From assembly GCA_022447495.1 (NCBI GenBank), contig JAKVBH010000019.1:5114-69113 (forward strand): a stretch of DNA of 64,000 nt, read 5' to 3'. The position numbers were made by a program, and so were the translations under genes. Each line of letters begins with the position of its first letter. Position 1 is the first letter of the stretch. Below are positions 18,947 through 30,553 of this stretch, piece by piece. The notes beneath the pieces are model-generated. The model searched no databases and was not told where the DNA came from. It saw only the letters and a list, made by a program, of their open reading frames with translations. Source of the DNA: Marinovum sp. GTDB taxonomy: Bacteria; Pseudomonadota; Alphaproteobacteria; Rhodobacterales; Rhodobacteraceae.

Positions 18947-20614
18947 TTAACTCAAGCGGCTTACGACCACGGTGACCTCAGGTTTTTTGCCAATCTCCGA
19001 TTGGCTTGCATTGCGTACGATACGGCGCAGCCCCTCCTCCAAAGCTCCATCATCGCCAAGTGTGCGTTCGCTTGCACGGCCCAGAAACTGACTGAGGTCT
19101 TCTTCGAGAATGTCCACCAGCGCGACATCGGAGCGCCCAACCTCAGGCAACCCCATAAGATCGCACCAGGGTTGTCCCAAGGGTTCGTCCTCTTCGTCGA
19201 GGATCACTGTCACAATCACATGTCCATTGAGCGCCATTCGGATCCGATCGCGCACAACGCCATCCAAAGCGCCAATTTGCACGCCACCATCAAGATAGGT
19301 GCGGCCTGTTTCGATATACTCAGCGACCGTCGGCGCATTGCCCGAAAGGTCAATCATCATCCCATTGACGGCGATGACCCCAGCGCGCCCTTTGGATTGA
19401 GACAACTTCACGTGTTCCCGCAAGTGCCGGTGTTCGCCGTGCATTGGGATGACCATCTGGGGCGAGGTCAAATCATGCATCGCCTCGATATCGGGTCGAT
19501 TGGCGTGGCCCGAGACGTGATACAGCCCAGAGCTATCGTCCACCACATCAACACCCTTTTCCGAAAGCTGGTTGATAATGCGGATGACGCCCTTTTCATT
19601 GCCGGGGATCGTTTTGGAACTGAACAGGAACATGTCGCCTTCTTCGAGTTCAATCCCGTTGTATTTGCCGCGCGCCAATTGAGCAGAGGCCGCGCGCCGT
19701 TCGCCTTGAGAACCCGTCACCAAAAGCATGAGGTTCTCGCGCGGGATATGACTGGCGTCTTCTGGACTTACCACTTTGGGAAAGCCGGAAAGCACCCCTG
19801 TTTCGACCGCAGCCTCGATCATGCGGCGCATGGCACGGCCCATCAAACATATGGATCGCCCTGCGGCACTGCCGGCATCAGCCAAGGTTTTCAAGCGCGC
19901 AACATTTGATGCAAAGGTCGTGGCGACCACCATGCCCTTTGCACCGCTCACCAATTTTTCGATTTCTGGACCGACGCTTGCTTCAGAACGCCCGGCGTCC
20001 TTGGAAAAGACGTTGGTGCTGTCACACACCAAGGCACGCACGCCGGGCTTGGCAATCTCGGCCCACATATCTGGATCAAAGGCTTCGCCCACCACTGGTG
20101 TGGTGTCGCGTTTGAAGTCTCCTGTGTGCACAACCCGACCCTCAGGCGTGTCAATCACGAGAGCGGAAGATTCAGGGATTGAATGTGAGATCGGAGCAAA
20201 ACCAATTTTGAAAGGGCCAACCTCGATAGTCTCGGGCCAAGCGCTGACCGTTTTTATCGCGGCCTCGGGCTGCCCGGCATCTTCCATCTTGCGACGGGCA
20301 AGGTTGGCCGTGAATGCGCGTGCGTAAACCGGAGCCCCAAGGCGTTCCCAGAGATGGCCAACAGCTCCGACATGATCTTCGTGCCCATGGGTGATAAAGA
20401 TCGCTTCGATCCGATCCCGGCGCTCGGCGAGCCAGGTCACATCGGGAAAGATCAAGTCGACCCCGGGTGTGCCATCCATATCGGGAAAGGCCACTCCTAA
20501 ATCAACGACAATCAACCGCTCGTCGTTTTTGGGCCCGTAGCCATAGACATAGGCGTTCATGCCGATTTCCCCTGCCCCGCCAAGTGGCAGATAGATCAGC
20601 CGAGATCTACTCAT
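18947..20614 (-). CDS. rnj: Ribonuclease J
   Basis: PLGGAGEIGMN, THGHEDH, HTGDFK, TGSQGE, HVSGH, PMHGE. Confidence 0.95.
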   Translation of the reverse strand: MSRSRLIYLPLGGAGEIGMNAYVYGYGPKNDERLIVVDLGVAFPDMDGTPGVDLIFPDVTWLAERRDRIEAIFITHGHEDHVGAVGHLWERLGAPVYARAFTANLARRKMEDAGQPEAAIKTVSAWPETIEVGPFKIGFAPISHSIPESSALVIDTPEGRVVHTGDFKRDTTPVVGEAFDPDMWAEIAKPGVRALVCDSTNVFSKDAGRSEASVGPEIEKLVSGAKGMVVATTFASNVARLKTLADAGSAAGRSICLMGRAMRRMIEAAVETGVLSGFPKVVSPEDASHIPRENLMLLVTGSQGERRAASAQLARGKYNGIELEEGDMFLFSSKTIPGNEKGVIRIINQLSEKGVDVVDDSSGLYHVSGHANRPDIEAMHDLTSPQMVIPMHGEHRHLREHVKLSQSKGRAGVIAVNGMMIDLSGNAPTVAEYIETGRTYLDGGVQIGALDGVVRDRIRMALNGHVIVTVILDEEDEPLGQPWCDLMGLPEVGRSDVALVDILEEDLSQFLGRASERTLGDDGALEEGLRRIVRNASQSEIGKKPEVTVVVSRLS

Positions 20615-20617
20615 GTT

Positions 20618-21391
20618 TTATCCGTTCGTTGTGTTGTGGCGGTGGATCACCACCAAGCCATACATCGTCAAGTCATCTTCGATGGTGTCAAATAGCAGTT
20701 CGCCTTGCGCGAACAAGGGGGCGAGACCACCCGTGCCAATGACCTTCATCGGACGCCCGTATTCGGCTTTGATTTTGTTCGTTATGCCATCGATCAGGCC
20801 AACATAGCCCCAAAAAACACCGGATTGAATACATGCCACCGTGTTGGTACCGATGACTTGATCGGGTTGGGTCACGTCCACATGGGGAAGGGCCGCGGCA
20901 CCCATGGCAAGGGCCTCCAGGCTCAGGTTCACACCCGGAGCGATAACGCCGCCAACATAAGCTCCATCACCGGCCACCACATCGAAGTTTGTCGCGGTTC
21001 CAAAATCTACAACGACGCAATCGCCACCGTGACGGTCGAACGCAGCCGCGGCATTTGCCAAACGATCGGCGCCAACCCCTGTACCTGCATCGATGCGGGG
21101 CGGGTGGGGTAGCAAACAATCGGGTTTGCCCACAACCAGCGGGCGCAGATCAAAAAAGCGATCTGCAAAGACGCGCAAGTTGAAGACGACCCTGGGAACA
21201 GAACTCGCGATGATAACCGCTTCGATGTCAAGTTCGATATCGTAATGCGCGATGAGTGTTGAGAACCAGGTGAAATAGGCATCCGCGGTTCGCGCGTGAT
21301 GCGTGGAGGTGCGCAAGGTGCACAGCCATTTGTCTTTGTCCCAAATCGCAAAGACCGTGTTGGTGTTGCCGCAATCAATACACAGAAGCAT
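20618..21391 (-). CDS. coaX: Type III pantothenate kinase
   Basis: IDCGNTN, GADRLAN, VDFGTATNFD, GGVIAPG, TGG. Confidence 0.95.
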   Translation of the reverse strand: MLLCIDCGNTNTVFAIWDKDKWLCTLRTSTHHARTADAYFTWFSTLIAHYDIELDIEAVIIASSVPRVVFNLRVFADRFFDLRPLVVGKPDCLLPHPPRIDAGTGVGADRLANAAAAFDRHGGDCVVVDFGTATNFDVVAGDGAYVGGVIAPGVNLSLEALAMGAAALPHVDVTQPDQVIGTNTVACIQSGVFWGYVGLIDGITNKIKAEYGRPMKVIGTGGLAPLFAQGELLFDTIEDDLTMYGLVVIHRHNTTNG

Positions 21392-21402
21392 TGCCACCCC
21401 TC

Positions 21403-22158
21403 TCAGAAAAACACATCCGCAGCCGGGATATGCACCCGGGCCTTCGCGGTCTCAAGTACAAGCTGCCCCTGCATGTCGACGTCACGAAACGTCCCGTGGT
21501 GCTCCTCGCGCATTGTTCGGGCGCGTATCTTTTCACCCAAGCGCGCGGCTTGGGCCAACCAAGCCGTACGTATGGGGGCAAATCCCAAGGATTGAAAACT
21601 CCGGCTGTGTTGATCAAAGCGGAGTGCTAGGGCAGAAAGCATCTCTGCTGGCGTGATGATCAATCCGGTTTCTCCAACCAAAGAGACGGGTCGGAGCGCA
21701 TCCACTTCCACGTCCTCCGCCGCGGGCGCGGCGGCTAGATTGATGCCTATGCCAATGGCCAAGTGCAACGCGCCGGAGAAGACCGAGCTTTCAAGCAGGA
21801 TACCGGCAAGCTTGCCCCCATGCAGCAAAACGTCATTGGGCCACTTGAGCGTCAAACCGTCTGTGCGCCCGGTGAGATCGGCCAGAGCATCGAATAGCGC
21901 CAGTGACGTCACAAACGAATAGAGTGCCACGTCCGCCCCATCACCGTCAGGACGAAAGATCAACGTGGCCGAGAAGTTGCCTTTGGAATTGGTCCAAGCC
22001 CGCCCGCGACGGCCCCGAGCAGTAGTTTGGCTGTAGGCCAAAATCCAGGTTGGGCCTGAGATGTTAGGTCCCTGGCGCATGGCCTCCAACATGGTGCTGT
22101 CGACTTCGTCCAGCACAATTTGTGCATACCCGCTTGGCCATGCATCTGTTGGTGTCAA
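21403..22158 (-). CDS. birA: Biotin-protein ligase (no N-terminal HTH)
   Basis: [37 protein letters not shown]. Confidence 0.95.
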   Translation of the reverse strand: MTPTDAWPSGYAQIVLDEVDSTMLEAMRQGPNISGPTWILAYSQTTARGRRGRAWTNSKGNFSATLIFRPDGDGADVALYSFVTSLALFDALADLTGRTDGLTLKWPNDVLLHGGKLAGILLESSVFSGALHLAIGIGINLAAAPAAEDVEVDALRPVSLVGETGLIITPAEMLSALALRFDQHSRSFQSLGFAPIRTAWLAQAARLGEKIRARTMREEHHGTFRDVDMQGQLVLETAKARVHIPAADVFF

Positions 22159-23597
22159 TTGACCAGAGTCTCTGCAGCGGCAGCAGCGATTGACTCAATG
22201 CCAAAAAGGTTCGCAATGCCTATGATCATCACCAGTGCACTAGCAACTACAAAGCCAGATAGGATGGGGTCACGGGCAATTTGCGCAGGGTCATCGCGGT
22301 CCTGCCCAAAGAACATAAAGAAGACGATGCGCAGGTAGTAGAACGCGCCGATCACGGACGCGATCACACCCGCCACAGCGAGCCACGCCAATCCGCCATC
22401 ATAGGCAGCCCGCAGAACATAGAACTTGGCAAAGAACCCCAAGAAGGGCGGCACGCCTGCGAGCGAAAAGAGAAGCGCCAGCATCGCCCAAGCTTTGCCC
22501 GGTTCGCGATTGGACAACATTTCAAGGCTGGCGATGTCAGTCACGGGCCGACCATCTCGCTCCATGGACAGGATGAAGGCAAACGTCCCCACATTGGTGG
22601 CCACATAAATGGCCATGTAGATGAGCATGGCTTGAACGCCCAAGACCGTGCCCGCCGCAAGCCCCATGAGCGCATATCCCATATGCGCGATGGACGAAAA
22701 CGCCATCAATCGTTTGATGTCAGTTTGGCCGATGGCCGCAACGGCGCCTAGGAACATCGACAGCAGCGACAGCATTGCGATGATCTGCTGCCAATCGCCC
22801 ACCGCTTGGCCAAATGCGTCGTGCATCACCCGCGCAAACAGCGCGATCGCGGCGACCTTTGGTGCGGTGGCAAAGAAGGCTGTCACTGGCGTTGGGGCAC
22901 CTTCGTAGACATCAGGAGTCCACATGTGGAACGGCACGGCGGATACCTTGAAGCCAAGACCTGCAATCAGGAATACCAAGCCAAAGAGCAGGCCAAGGCT
23001 CATCTCACCCTCTGACGCGGTTTGGATGATGCCAGAGAATAGAGTTGTACCCGAGTACCCGTAGATCAACGACGCACCATAAAGGAGAAGTCCCGAGGAC
23101 AGCGCGCCAAGCACAAAGTACTTCAGACCAGCTTCGGTGGATTTCGCGGAGTCGCGACGCAGCGCGGCCACGACGTAAAGCGCCAGGGATTGAAGTTCGA
23201 GCCCCATGTAGAGCACAATCAGATCGCCGGAGGAGACCATCATCATCATGCCAACCACCGACAACGTGACGAGGATTGGGAACTCAAACATGGTCATACC
23301 GCGTTTGACAAGATACCCCTGCCCCATCACCAAGACGCAAGCAGCGGCCCCAAGAATGGTAACCTTGGCGAAGCGCGCAAAAGCATCGTCAATAAACATG
23401 CCGTTGAATGCGACTTGCGTGCCATCGGCGCTGGCACCGATCCAAATGGCCGTGACAACAAAAAGTCCAGCCGTCGCCCATGTCAGGATGGCCGTTGCGG
23501 CGTCCTTGACCGAGTAAACCGCACCGAGCAGTGCAGCCATGGCGAACAAGCTCAGAATGATCTCTGGCAAAAAGATTGTGAGGTCAGCCCAAATCAT
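22155..23597 (-). CDS. nuoN: NADH-quinone oxidoreductase subunit N
   Basis: [31 protein letters not shown]. Confidence 0.97.
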   Translation of the reverse strand: MIWADLTIFLPEIILSLFAMAALLGAVYSVKDAATAILTWATAGLFVVTAIWIGASADGTQVAFNGMFIDDAFARFAKVTILGAAACVLVMGQGYLVKRGMTMFEFPILVTLSVVGMMMMVSSGDLIVLYMGLELQSLALYVVAALRRDSAKSTEAGLKYFVLGALSSGLLLYGASLIYGYSGTTLFSGIIQTASEGEMSLGLLFGLVFLIAGLGFKVSAVPFHMWTPDVYEGAPTPVTAFFATAPKVAAIALFARVMHDAFGQAVGDWQQIIAMLSLLSMFLGAVAAIGQTDIKRLMAFSSIAHMGYALMGLAAGTVLGVQAMLIYMAIYVATNVGTFAFILSMERDGRPVTDIASLEMLSNREPGKAWAMLALLFSLAGVPPFLGFFAKFYVLRAAYDGGLAWLAVAGVIASVIGAFYYLRIVFFMFFGQDRDDPAQIARDPILSGFVVASALVMIIGIANLFGIESIAAAAAETLVN

Positions 23598-23609
23598 GGG
23601 AAGCGCTCC

Positions 23610-25151
23610 TTAGTTAGCCGCAAACTGATGGGCTGCGTCAAAGGCCGCCCGTGCGATGTCATATTGGTCGATGAGCGCCGCCACAGAAGGTCCGATCATA
23701 TCAAGAACCGGCGCAGGATACACACCAAGTAAGAGCGTCATAACCACCAGGGGTGCAAAGATAGCGCGCTCCCGCAGGCTCATGTCTTGGATCGTCTTGA
23801 GACTCTCTTTGATAAGATCTCCAAAGACCACCCGACGATAAAGCCAAAGCGCGTAAGCCGCAGAGAAGATCACCCCCGTCGTGGCAATCATCGCAACCCA
23901 CGTGTTCACCTGGAAGACGCCCAAAAGTGTGAGGAATTCCCCAATGAAACCAGAGGTCCCGGGAAGACCCACATTGGCCATCGTGAAGAGCATAAAAATC
24001 AACGCATAAGCAGGCATGCGGTTTACAAGCCCACCATAGGCGTCAATGTCGCGGGTATGCATGCGGTCGTAGATCACACCGACACAGAGGAACAGCGCAC
24101 CAGAGATGAACCCGTGAGAGATCATCTGGAAGATAGCGCCATCAATGCCTTGTTGGTTGGCGGCAAAGATACCCATAGTAACGTAGCCCATATGCGCCAC
24201 GGAGGAGTATGCGATGAGCTTCTTCATGTCTTCTTGCACCAGAGCCACCAGGGAGGTGTAGACGATGGCAATGGCGGACATCCAAAGGATCAGCGGCGTC
24301 ATCACATCCGCGCCGACGGGGAACATCGGAAGCGAGAAGCGCAAGAACCCGTAACCGCCCATCTTGAGCAAGATCGCCGCCAGCACGACAGATCCCGCAG
24401 TTGGGGCTTGCACGTGCGCGTCAGGCAGCCATGTGTGCACTGGCCACATTGGCATTTTGACCGCGAAACTCGCAAAAAACGCCAAAAAGAGAAGCGTCTG
24501 GAAGCCACCCACGATTTGAACGCCCAGGATTGAGAAGGTCTCAAAATCGAACTGGTGACGCATGAGCGCTTCGATGTCGGTTGTCTGCGCTTCCGCAAAC
24601 ATCGCCACCATGGCAACGAGCATCAGAACAGAGCCCAGGAAAGTATACAGGAAGAACTTGAAACTCGCATAAACCCGGTTCGCGCCGCCCCAAATGCCAA
24701 TGACCAAGAACATTGGAATGAGGCCCGCTTCGAAGAAGAGATAGAACAGCACCAGATCAAGCGACATGAAGACGCCAAGCATCAAGGTCTCAAGTACCAA
24801 AAAGGCGATCATGTATTCCTTGACCCGTTTGGTCACGTCCCAGGACGCGGCGATGACCAGAGGCATCAGAAAGGTCGTGAGCATCACAAACAGCACGGAT
24901 ATGCCGTCGACACCCATTTTGTATTGAAGACCCAACAACCATTCGCGCGTTTCTACCATCTGGAAATCGGTGTTCGACGGCTCAAATTGCGCGAGTATAA
25001 AAAGCGAGATCACAAAGGTGACCGAGGTGGCAACGAAGGCAAGCCACTTGGCGTTGCGTTGAGCGGCTTCATCCTCGCCGCGCAAGAACACCGCGAGGAT
25101 CAGAGCCGCCAATGCGGGCAAAAACGTGGTGATTGAGAGCAGATTATCCAT
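23610..25151 (-). CDS. nuoM: NADH-quinone oxidoreductase subunit M
   Basis: [32 protein letters not shown]. Confidence 0.97.
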   Translation of the reverse strand: MDNLLSITTFLPALAALILAVFLRGEDEAAQRNAKWLAFVATSVTFVISLFILAQFEPSNTDFQMVETREWLLGLQYKMGVDGISVLFVMLTTFLMPLVIAASWDVTKRVKEYMIAFLVLETLMLGVFMSLDLVLFYLFFEAGLIPMFLVIGIWGGANRVYASFKFFLYTFLGSVLMLVAMVAMFAEAQTTDIEALMRHQFDFETFSILGVQIVGGFQTLLFLAFFASFAVKMPMWPVHTWLPDAHVQAPTAGSVVLAAILLKMGGYGFLRFSLPMFPVGADVMTPLILWMSAIAIVYTSLVALVQEDMKKLIAYSSVAHMGYVTMGIFAANQQGIDGAIFQMISHGFISGALFLCVGVIYDRMHTRDIDAYGGLVNRMPAYALIFMLFTMANVGLPGTSGFIGEFLTLLGVFQVNTWVAMIATTGVIFSAAYALWLYRRVVFGDLIKESLKTIQDMSLRERAIFAPLVVMTLLLGVYPAPVLDMIGPSVAALIDQYDIARAAFDAAHQFAAN

Positions 25152-27289
25152 TAGTTTGCTCCCCAGCTGATCGACATCCACGTGATGAGCACAGCTATCC
25201 CTATGACCATCGCAAAAGCGTAGGTGAAGATGTAGCCAGACTGCATACGGCCTGCCAATCGCGTGAGGAACGGCACCACACTCATAGACACGCCGTTGAT
25301 GGCACCGTCAATCACGGCGCCATCGCCCTTTTTCCACAAAAAGCGTCCTAACCACATGGATGGACGCACGAAAATCGCATCGTATAGCTCATCCACGTAC
25401 CATTTGTTGAGCAAGAACAAGTACAAAGGACGCTGGTTCTCGGCCAGTTTTGCGGGCCATTTGGGATGGCGGATATAGAACAGGTAAGCGAAGGCCAAGC
25501 CGATCAACATGGCCACAAAGGGCGAAACCTTGACCCACTTCGGCACGTAATGTGCATCGTTCAGTACGGTATTCTCGGGCGCCATGAAGATGGCACCTTC
25601 GCCCGGCGCGGCGGTGAACACGTAGTGATGCTTGTCTTTGCCTTTTTCTTTATCGGCGCCTGCAGCTTTGTCGTCAGCTTGGTCATCACCCTTGTTGTGA
25701 TCTGTCCCATGGGCATCGCGATTCTCTTCTTCCGCGTAAGGAATATGGAAGAATTTGCCCACGGTATCGGTGTGGCCGAAGAAGCTATTGAACCATAGCA
25801 TACCTGCAAAGATCGAACCAACCGCCAAGACACCCAATGGGACCAACATTACAGATGGGCTTTCGTGGGCATGATCATGGGTGTTCTTGTCGCCTCGCGG
25901 CTTGCCATAAAACGTGAGGAAAATCAGGCGCCAGGAGTAGAAGCTGGTGAACAGGGCCGCGATGATGAGCATCCAGAATGCATATCCACCGGCGGTGCCA
26001 GCAAAGGCACTTTCAATCACGGCATCTTTGGAGAGGAACCCAGCAAAGCCCAGCGGGACACCACCAAGCGTAAAGAAGACCGAAGGTACCCCCACACCAG
26101 TAATGGCCAATGTGCCAAGCATCATGGCCCAGAAGGTGTAGGGCATCTTTTTGCGCAGGCCGCCATAATTGCGCATGTCTTGTTCGTGGTGCATCCCGTG
26201 GATCACCGAACCCGCGCCCAAGAACAGCATCGCTTTAAAGAAAGCGTGCGTGAACAGGTGGAACATGGCGACCGAGTAGACCCCCACACCCGCGGCCACG
26301 AACATGTAGCCGAGTTGGGAACATGTCGAGTACGCGATCACGCGTTTAATGTCGTTTTGAACCAAACCCACGGTGGCAGCGAAAAAGGCCGTAGTGGCAC
26401 CGAGGTATGTCACAAAGGCCATCGCGTTTGGCGCAAACTCCATCAGCGGCGACATCCGGCACACTAAGAAGACCCCAGCCGTCACCATTGTCGCGGCATG
26501 GATCAGCGCCGACACAGGTGTCGGGCCTTCCATCGCGTCGGGCAGCCAGGTGTGTAGCAAGAACTGCGCTGATTTGCCCATGGCGCCCACAAACAGAAGG
26601 AACGCGCAAAGCTCGGCAGCGTTCCAAAAGGTCCAAAGGAATTGCAATTGTGTCTGCGCCAGCTCTGGCGCCATCTCGAAAATATCTTGGAAGCGGACAG
26701 AGTCAGTGAGCAAATAAAGCGCGAAGATGCCCAAGGCAAAGCCAAAGTCACCCACCCGGTTGACGACAAACGCTTTTATCGCGGCGGCGCCCGCAGAGGG
26801 CTTGCGATAATAAAAGCCAATGAGCAGGTAAGACGCCACGCCAACACCTTCCCAGCCAAAGAACATCTGAACCAAGTTGTCAGACGTCACCAGCATGAGC
26901 ATCGCAAAGGTAAAGAAGCTCAAATAGGCGAAGAACCGGGCGCGATAAGCGTCCTCTCCTTTACGGAATTGATCGTCATGGGCCATGTAGCCGAAGCTAT
27001 AGAGGTGCACGAGCGCGGAGACGGACGTCACCACGACGAGCATCACCGAGGTCAATCGATCCAAGCGGATGGACCATTCCGCATTCAGCGTACCACTCTG
27101 AATCCATGACATGATACCAATCGGGTGATCATGAGCACCGTGGGTGAGAAAGACGACCCAAGAGAGCGCGCATGCCAGGAACAAGAGGCTTGTGGACACG
27201 ACCTGCGCGCCAAAGATCGAGATAAAACGCCAGCCAAATCCCGCGATGAGAGCGCCGACGAGCGGGGCGAAGAGAATGATCGTTTCCAC
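25151..27289 (-). CDS. nuoL: NADH-quinone oxidoreductase subunit L
   Basis: [32 protein letters not shown]; GTG start. Confidence 0.97.
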   Translation of the reverse strand: METIILFAPLVGALIAGFGWRFISIFGAQVVSTSLLFLACALSWVVFLTHGAHDHPIGIMSWIQSGTLNAEWSIRLDRLTSVMLVVVTSVSALVHLYSFGYMAHDDQFRKGEDAYRARFFAYLSFFTFAMLMLVTSDNLVQMFFGWEGVGVASYLLIGFYYRKPSAGAAAIKAFVVNRVGDFGFALGIFALYLLTDSVRFQDIFEMAPELAQTQLQFLWTFWNAAELCAFLLFVGAMGKSAQFLLHTWLPDAMEGPTPVSALIHAATMVTAGVFLVCRMSPLMEFAPNAMAFVTYLGATTAFFAATVGLVQNDIKRVIAYSTCSQLGYMFVAAGVGVYSVAMFHLFTHAFFKAMLFLGAGSVIHGMHHEQDMRNYGGLRKKMPYTFWAMMLGTLAITGVGVPSVFFTLGGVPLGFAGFLSKDAVIESAFAGTAGGYAFWMLIIAALFTSFYSWRLIFLTFYGKPRGDKNTHDHAHESPSVMLVPLGVLAVGSIFAGMLWFNSFFGHTDTVGKFFHIPYAEEENRDAHGTDHNKGDDQADDKAAGADKEKGKDKHHYVFTAAPGEGAIFMAPENTVLNDAHYVPKWVKVSPFVAMLIGLAFAYLFYIRHPKWPAKLAENQRPLYLFLLNKWYVDELYDAIFVRPSMWLGRFLWKKGDGAVIDGAINGVSMSVVPFLTRLAGRMQSGYIFTYAFAMVIGIAVLITWMSISWGAN

Positions 27290-27292
27290 TTG

Positions 27293-27700
27293 CTAGCCTT
27301 TCTCGCAAATACAGCCATCCGCGACGATGGATGTCTTTTGAGCCGAAAACCCTCGTGTCTGGGCATAGCTCACAACCTCATCGAAGGACCAGCCGCGCCT
27401 TTGTGCGATGTATCGCATGATCAGGGTTTGGTACGTGGGCCAAAGGTCTTCTGCGAGACCATCGATCGGAATGTCGCCGAGTTCCTTGATTTCGACCATT
27501 CGACCCTTTTTGTAATGTGTGAGGTAAAGCTCGGACAAAGTGTAGTAGATCGAGATGTCTCGCACGTGCTGTGACGATCCCACGTAACGGGCACCTGTGT
27601 CTGACACGCAGTCGATCACCACAGACCCGAACACCGCGCCAGGCATCATTGTCAAAACAACAGCACCGGCGAGCATACGTTGGCGGAGGGGCACGAGCAT
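27293..27700 (-). CDS. Hypothetical secreted protein between nuoK and nuoL
   Basis: ATG 27700 two nt after nuoK stop; signal-peptide-like N-terminus; ends CICEKG just before nuoL start. Confidence 0.65.
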   Translation of the reverse strand: MLVPLRQRMLAGAVVLTMMPGAVFGSVVIDCVSDTGARYVGSSQHVRDISIYYTLSELYLTHYKKGRMVEIKELGDIPIDGLAEDLWPTYQTLIMRYIAQRRGWSFDEVVSYAQTRGFSAQKTSIVADGCICEKG

Positions 27701-27702
27701 GG

Positions 27703-28008
27703 TCAGCCCTTCATCACGTTGACGTCTTCGACCGCGATGGTGCCACGGTTGCGGAAGAAACAGACCAAGATCGCAAGCCCAATCGCCGCTTCCGCAGCCG
27801 CGACGGTGAGGACGAAGAGCGTGAACACCTGTCCCACCATGTCTTGGCCATAGCTTGAGAAAGCCACGAGATTGATGTTCACAGCGAGCAGCATAAGCTC
27901 GATGGACATCAAGAGGATGATGACATTCTTGCGGTTCAAAAAGAGCCCAAAAATGCCAATGACAAATAGCGTCGCCGCCACTGTCAGAAAATGTTCCAGT
28001 CCGATCAT
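27703..28008 (-). CDS. nuoK: NADH-quinone oxidoreductase subunit K
   Basis: [25 protein letters not shown]. Confidence 0.97.
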   Translation of the reverse strand: MIGLEHFLTVAATLFVIGIFGLFLNRKNVIILLMSIELMLLAVNINLVAFSSYGQDMVGQVFTLFVLTVAAAEAAIGLAILVCFFRNRGTIAVEDVNVMKG

Positions 28009-28081
28009 AGTCCCTCTGGGCTCCCATTCAGGGCCAAATGGGGCTTCGCCCCGTCATGCTCGTCCGGGCACGCCCGGTTTA

Positions 28082-28582
28082 TTACGTTTCCTGCCACAAT
28101 CCTTGCGGCGTCTGTTTTAGTTCGAAGGTGGCTTTTTCACCGCGCAGTTCGGGATAAGCGGCGGCGCAGGCGCAGGGTTCTTTGGTGAACGCCACCACCC
28201 GCACGTTGCGTGCCTCCTCAGAGACTTCGTTCCCCATACGTTTCAAGCTCGCAAAGATGCGGTCGCCAGCCTCAAGTTGATTGACGATGCGAAGCGCGGC
28301 AGCAGTACGTTCAAACGGGAGGCGATCCGACATGTTTTCTTCTGCGGTCCGAAAGCGCAGGGCTTCGCCGGGGCCACAATCGGCCACCGTAAAGCTGGTC
28401 GCCGTGCCTTCTTGTGACCACCAATCACGCCACATGACCCGGCCCTCTCCGAGATCCACGTGATCCGCCTCGCCGCCATGGGAGATATGGGTTGTGCGCG
28501 AGCAAGCAGACAGCGTCACTGCCTGAGCGGTGGTCCCAACCGCCATCACAACACACCAGACCATCCCAGAGCGCATCATCAT
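28082..28582 (-). CDS. Hypothetical secreted Cys-containing protein between nuoJ and nuoK
   Basis: Signal peptide ending AQA, Cys including CAC motif; starts right after nuoJ stop. Confidence 0.75.
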   Translation of the reverse strand: MMMRSGMVWCVVMAVGTTAQAVTLSACSRTTHISHGGEADHVDLGEGRVMWRDWWSQEGTATSFTVADCGPGEALRFRTAEENMSDRLPFERTAAALRIVNQLEAGDRIFASLKRMGNEVSEEARNVRVVAFTKEPCACAAAYPELRGEKATFELKQTPQGLWQET

Positions 28583-28586
28583 TCCT

Positions 28587-29195
28587 CTAAAGTCCTTGCC
28601 CCGGCTTTACATCCTTTAGCTCCATCGCTTGTGCAGGATCGCGGTACATCTGCGCGAGCACATTTTGCCGTTTGATATCCGTACGGTGGCGCAGCGTGAG
28701 CACGATGGCTCCGATCATGGCGACCAAGAGAATCAAGCCAGAGAGTTGGAACAGCAAAAAATACTGATCGTAAAGGATCATCCCCAAGGCCTCAGTGTTG
28801 GTCAAATCGCCAGGCACCGGTTGAGCGCGCAATGTATCCGCCATTTCCGAGGCATCCCAAGCGCCATAAGCCAATGCGAATTGCATCAACAAAACCACGC
28901 CGATCAACAACGCCAAGGGCATGTACTTGGCCATCTCTGCTTTCAACTCTGCGAAATCAACGTCGAGCATCATGACCACAAAGAGGAACAAAACCGCGAC
29001 TGCGCCGACGTAGACGATCATCAAGAGCATCGCCAAGAACTCGGCGCCCAATAGCACGAACAGTCCTGCCGCCGACAGAAACGATAAAATGAGCCACAAA
29101 ACAGAGTGTACTGGGTTGCGGCTGATCACGGTGAGTAAGCCCCCTGTCACGCAGGAGATGGCAAACAGGTAAAAGGAAAAGGCAAAAGTGCTCAT
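28587..29195 (-). CDS. nuoJ: NADH-quinone oxidoreductase subunit J
   Basis: [27 protein letters not shown]; start ATG 29195. Confidence 0.96.
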   Translation of the reverse strand: MSTFAFSFYLFAISCVTGGLLTVISRNPVHSVLWLILSFLSAAGLFVLLGAEFLAMLLMIVYVGAVAVLFLFVVMMLDVDFAELKAEMAKYMPLALLIGVVLLMQFALAYGAWDASEMADTLRAQPVPGDLTNTEALGMILYDQYFLLFQLSGLILLVAMIGAIVLTLRHRTDIKRQNVLAQMYRDPAQAMELKDVKPGQGL

Positions 29196-29593
29196 CCGTC
29201 CTCGCTTTCGTCCATCACGTCCCGCGCCATTTCCATTGCCCTCGTCATGGCTGGCAGCCCGGCAAACATCGACATCATGGCAATGGTTTCGGCAATTTCT
29301 TCTTTTGTTGCACCCGCCTCTTGAGCGTGACGCACAGTGAGTCGCACTTGCGCTTCGGCTTGTGCGCCCTGCATGGTCAATCCAGCCAGCGTCAGCAAGA
29401 GCCGCGTCTTGGCGTCCAAGCCGTCTTTTGAGAGACCCCGCCCAAACATCATTTCCATCATGTCCTTGGGCATGGTGGGCCAAAGTTTTTCAAACTCCTG
29501 CGGCGCGAAAGAGGTCAGCGTCGGATTGAACGCCTTGGCCATCTCTTGCGCCTGCGCCATCATTGCCTCGAAAGGTGTCTTGGATTGGGTCAT
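29192..29593 (-). CDS. Carboxymuconolactone decarboxylase/AhpD-like protein
   Basis: [13 protein letters not shown]...GATKEEIAE...FAGLPA. Confidence 0.85.
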   Translation of the reverse strand: MTQSKTPFEAMMAQAQEMAKAFNPTLTSFAPQEFEKLWPTMPKDMMEMMFGRGLSKDGLDAKTRLLLTLAGLTMQGAQAEAQVRLTVRHAQEAGATKEEIAETIAMMSMFAGLPAMTRAMEMARDVMDESEDG

Positions 29594-30012
29594 TGTGCTT
29601 TTCCCAAGCGCGCTTGAAGCCCAGCTGCCACCTTCAGAAAAGCCGCGCCCTTGTCTTGCTCTTCCCATAAGCTGAGAAGTTCCGACACTTCAGCTTGATC
29701 CGATATGGCGGCCACGGCCCGCTGCGCGGCTGAGACCACACGCGGTAATGCCATTATTTGTTGTTGGAACGCGGACAGGTTTTCCAAAATCTCAGCATCA
29801 AACTCTTCATCTGGTTGATAAAAGGCGTTAGCCACAGCCTCGGCTGCAGCAAGTCCGCGAGCTCCTTCTGGCGCTTCGATGAAGCCATTTTCTTCCGCCT
29901 CTAGAGGCTCATAAAGAGCGTCCGCCACGGCTGAGACGCCGAACGAGCGATATTCCTCTAGCCAGTCCATTGCGTCGTCATTTTGGAAAATTCCTATGCC
30001 CCAAGTGCCCAT
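29590..30012 (-). CDS. DUF4259-like protein
   Basis: N-terminal MGTWGIGIFQNDDAMDW, ALAAAE-like motif, SELLSLWEE. Confidence 0.75.
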   Translation of the reverse strand: MGTWGIGIFQNDDAMDWLEEYRSFGVSAVADALYEPLEAEENGFIEAPEGARGLAAAEAVANAFYQPDEEFDAEILENLSAFQQQIMALPRVVSAAQRAVAAISDQAEVSELLSLWEEQDKGAAFLKVAAGLQARLGKAQ

Positions 30013-30047
30013 TATCGCGCCTCACTTCCAATTCATTGATAGATAAT

Positions 30048-30542
30048 TCATCGATAGGGCGCATCCATTTCGAGGTTTCGAGCAATCTCAGCCTCCCAAC
30101 GCTCCCCATTCTCAAGCAATTTCTCTTTGTCATAAAACAATTCCTCGCGCGTTTCCGTCGCGAATTCAAAATTCGGGCCTTCCACAATGGCATCCACCGG
30201 GCAGGCTTCTTGGCAAAAGCCGCAGTAGATGCATTTGGTCATGTCAATGTCGTACCGTGTTGTACGTCGCGAACCGTCATCGCGCGGCTCTGCGTCGATG
30301 GTGATGGCTTGAGCAGGGCAAACTGCTTCGCACAGTTTGCACGCAATGCAGCGCTCTTCGCCATTTGGATAGCGACGCAGCGCGTGCTCTCCCCGAAAGC
30401 GAGGCGAAAGCGGCCCCTTTTCATGGGGGTAATTCACAGTGGCCTTGGGCGCGAAAAAGTACTTCAGCCCAAGTTTCATACCAACCCAAAAGTCCTGGAG
30501 TAAAAAGTATTTAGCGGCGCGTGTGTAGTCGATTTGCGTCAT
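30048..30542 (-). CDS. nuoI: NADH-quinone oxidoreductase subunit I
   Basis: [12 protein letters not shown] and [12 protein letters not shown]. Confidence 0.98.
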   Translation of the reverse strand: MTQIDYTRAAKYFLLQDFWVGMKLGLKYFFAPKATVNYPHEKGPLSPRFRGEHALRRYPNGEERCIACKLCEAVCPAQAITIDAEPRDDGSRRTTRYDIDMTKCIYCGFCQEACPVDAIVEGPNFEFATETREELFYDKEKLLENGERWEAEIARNLEMDAPYR

Positions 30543-30553
30543 GCTCTTGCCCC

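Noticed and set aside
27701-28027. N-terminal part of the 244-aa ORF
   Set aside because: Alternate frame over nuoK; the plausible gene starts at 27700
29196-29483. N-terminal extension of nuoJ in the ORF track
   Set aside because: Overlaps the CMD-family gene; NuoJ similarity begins at ATG 29195
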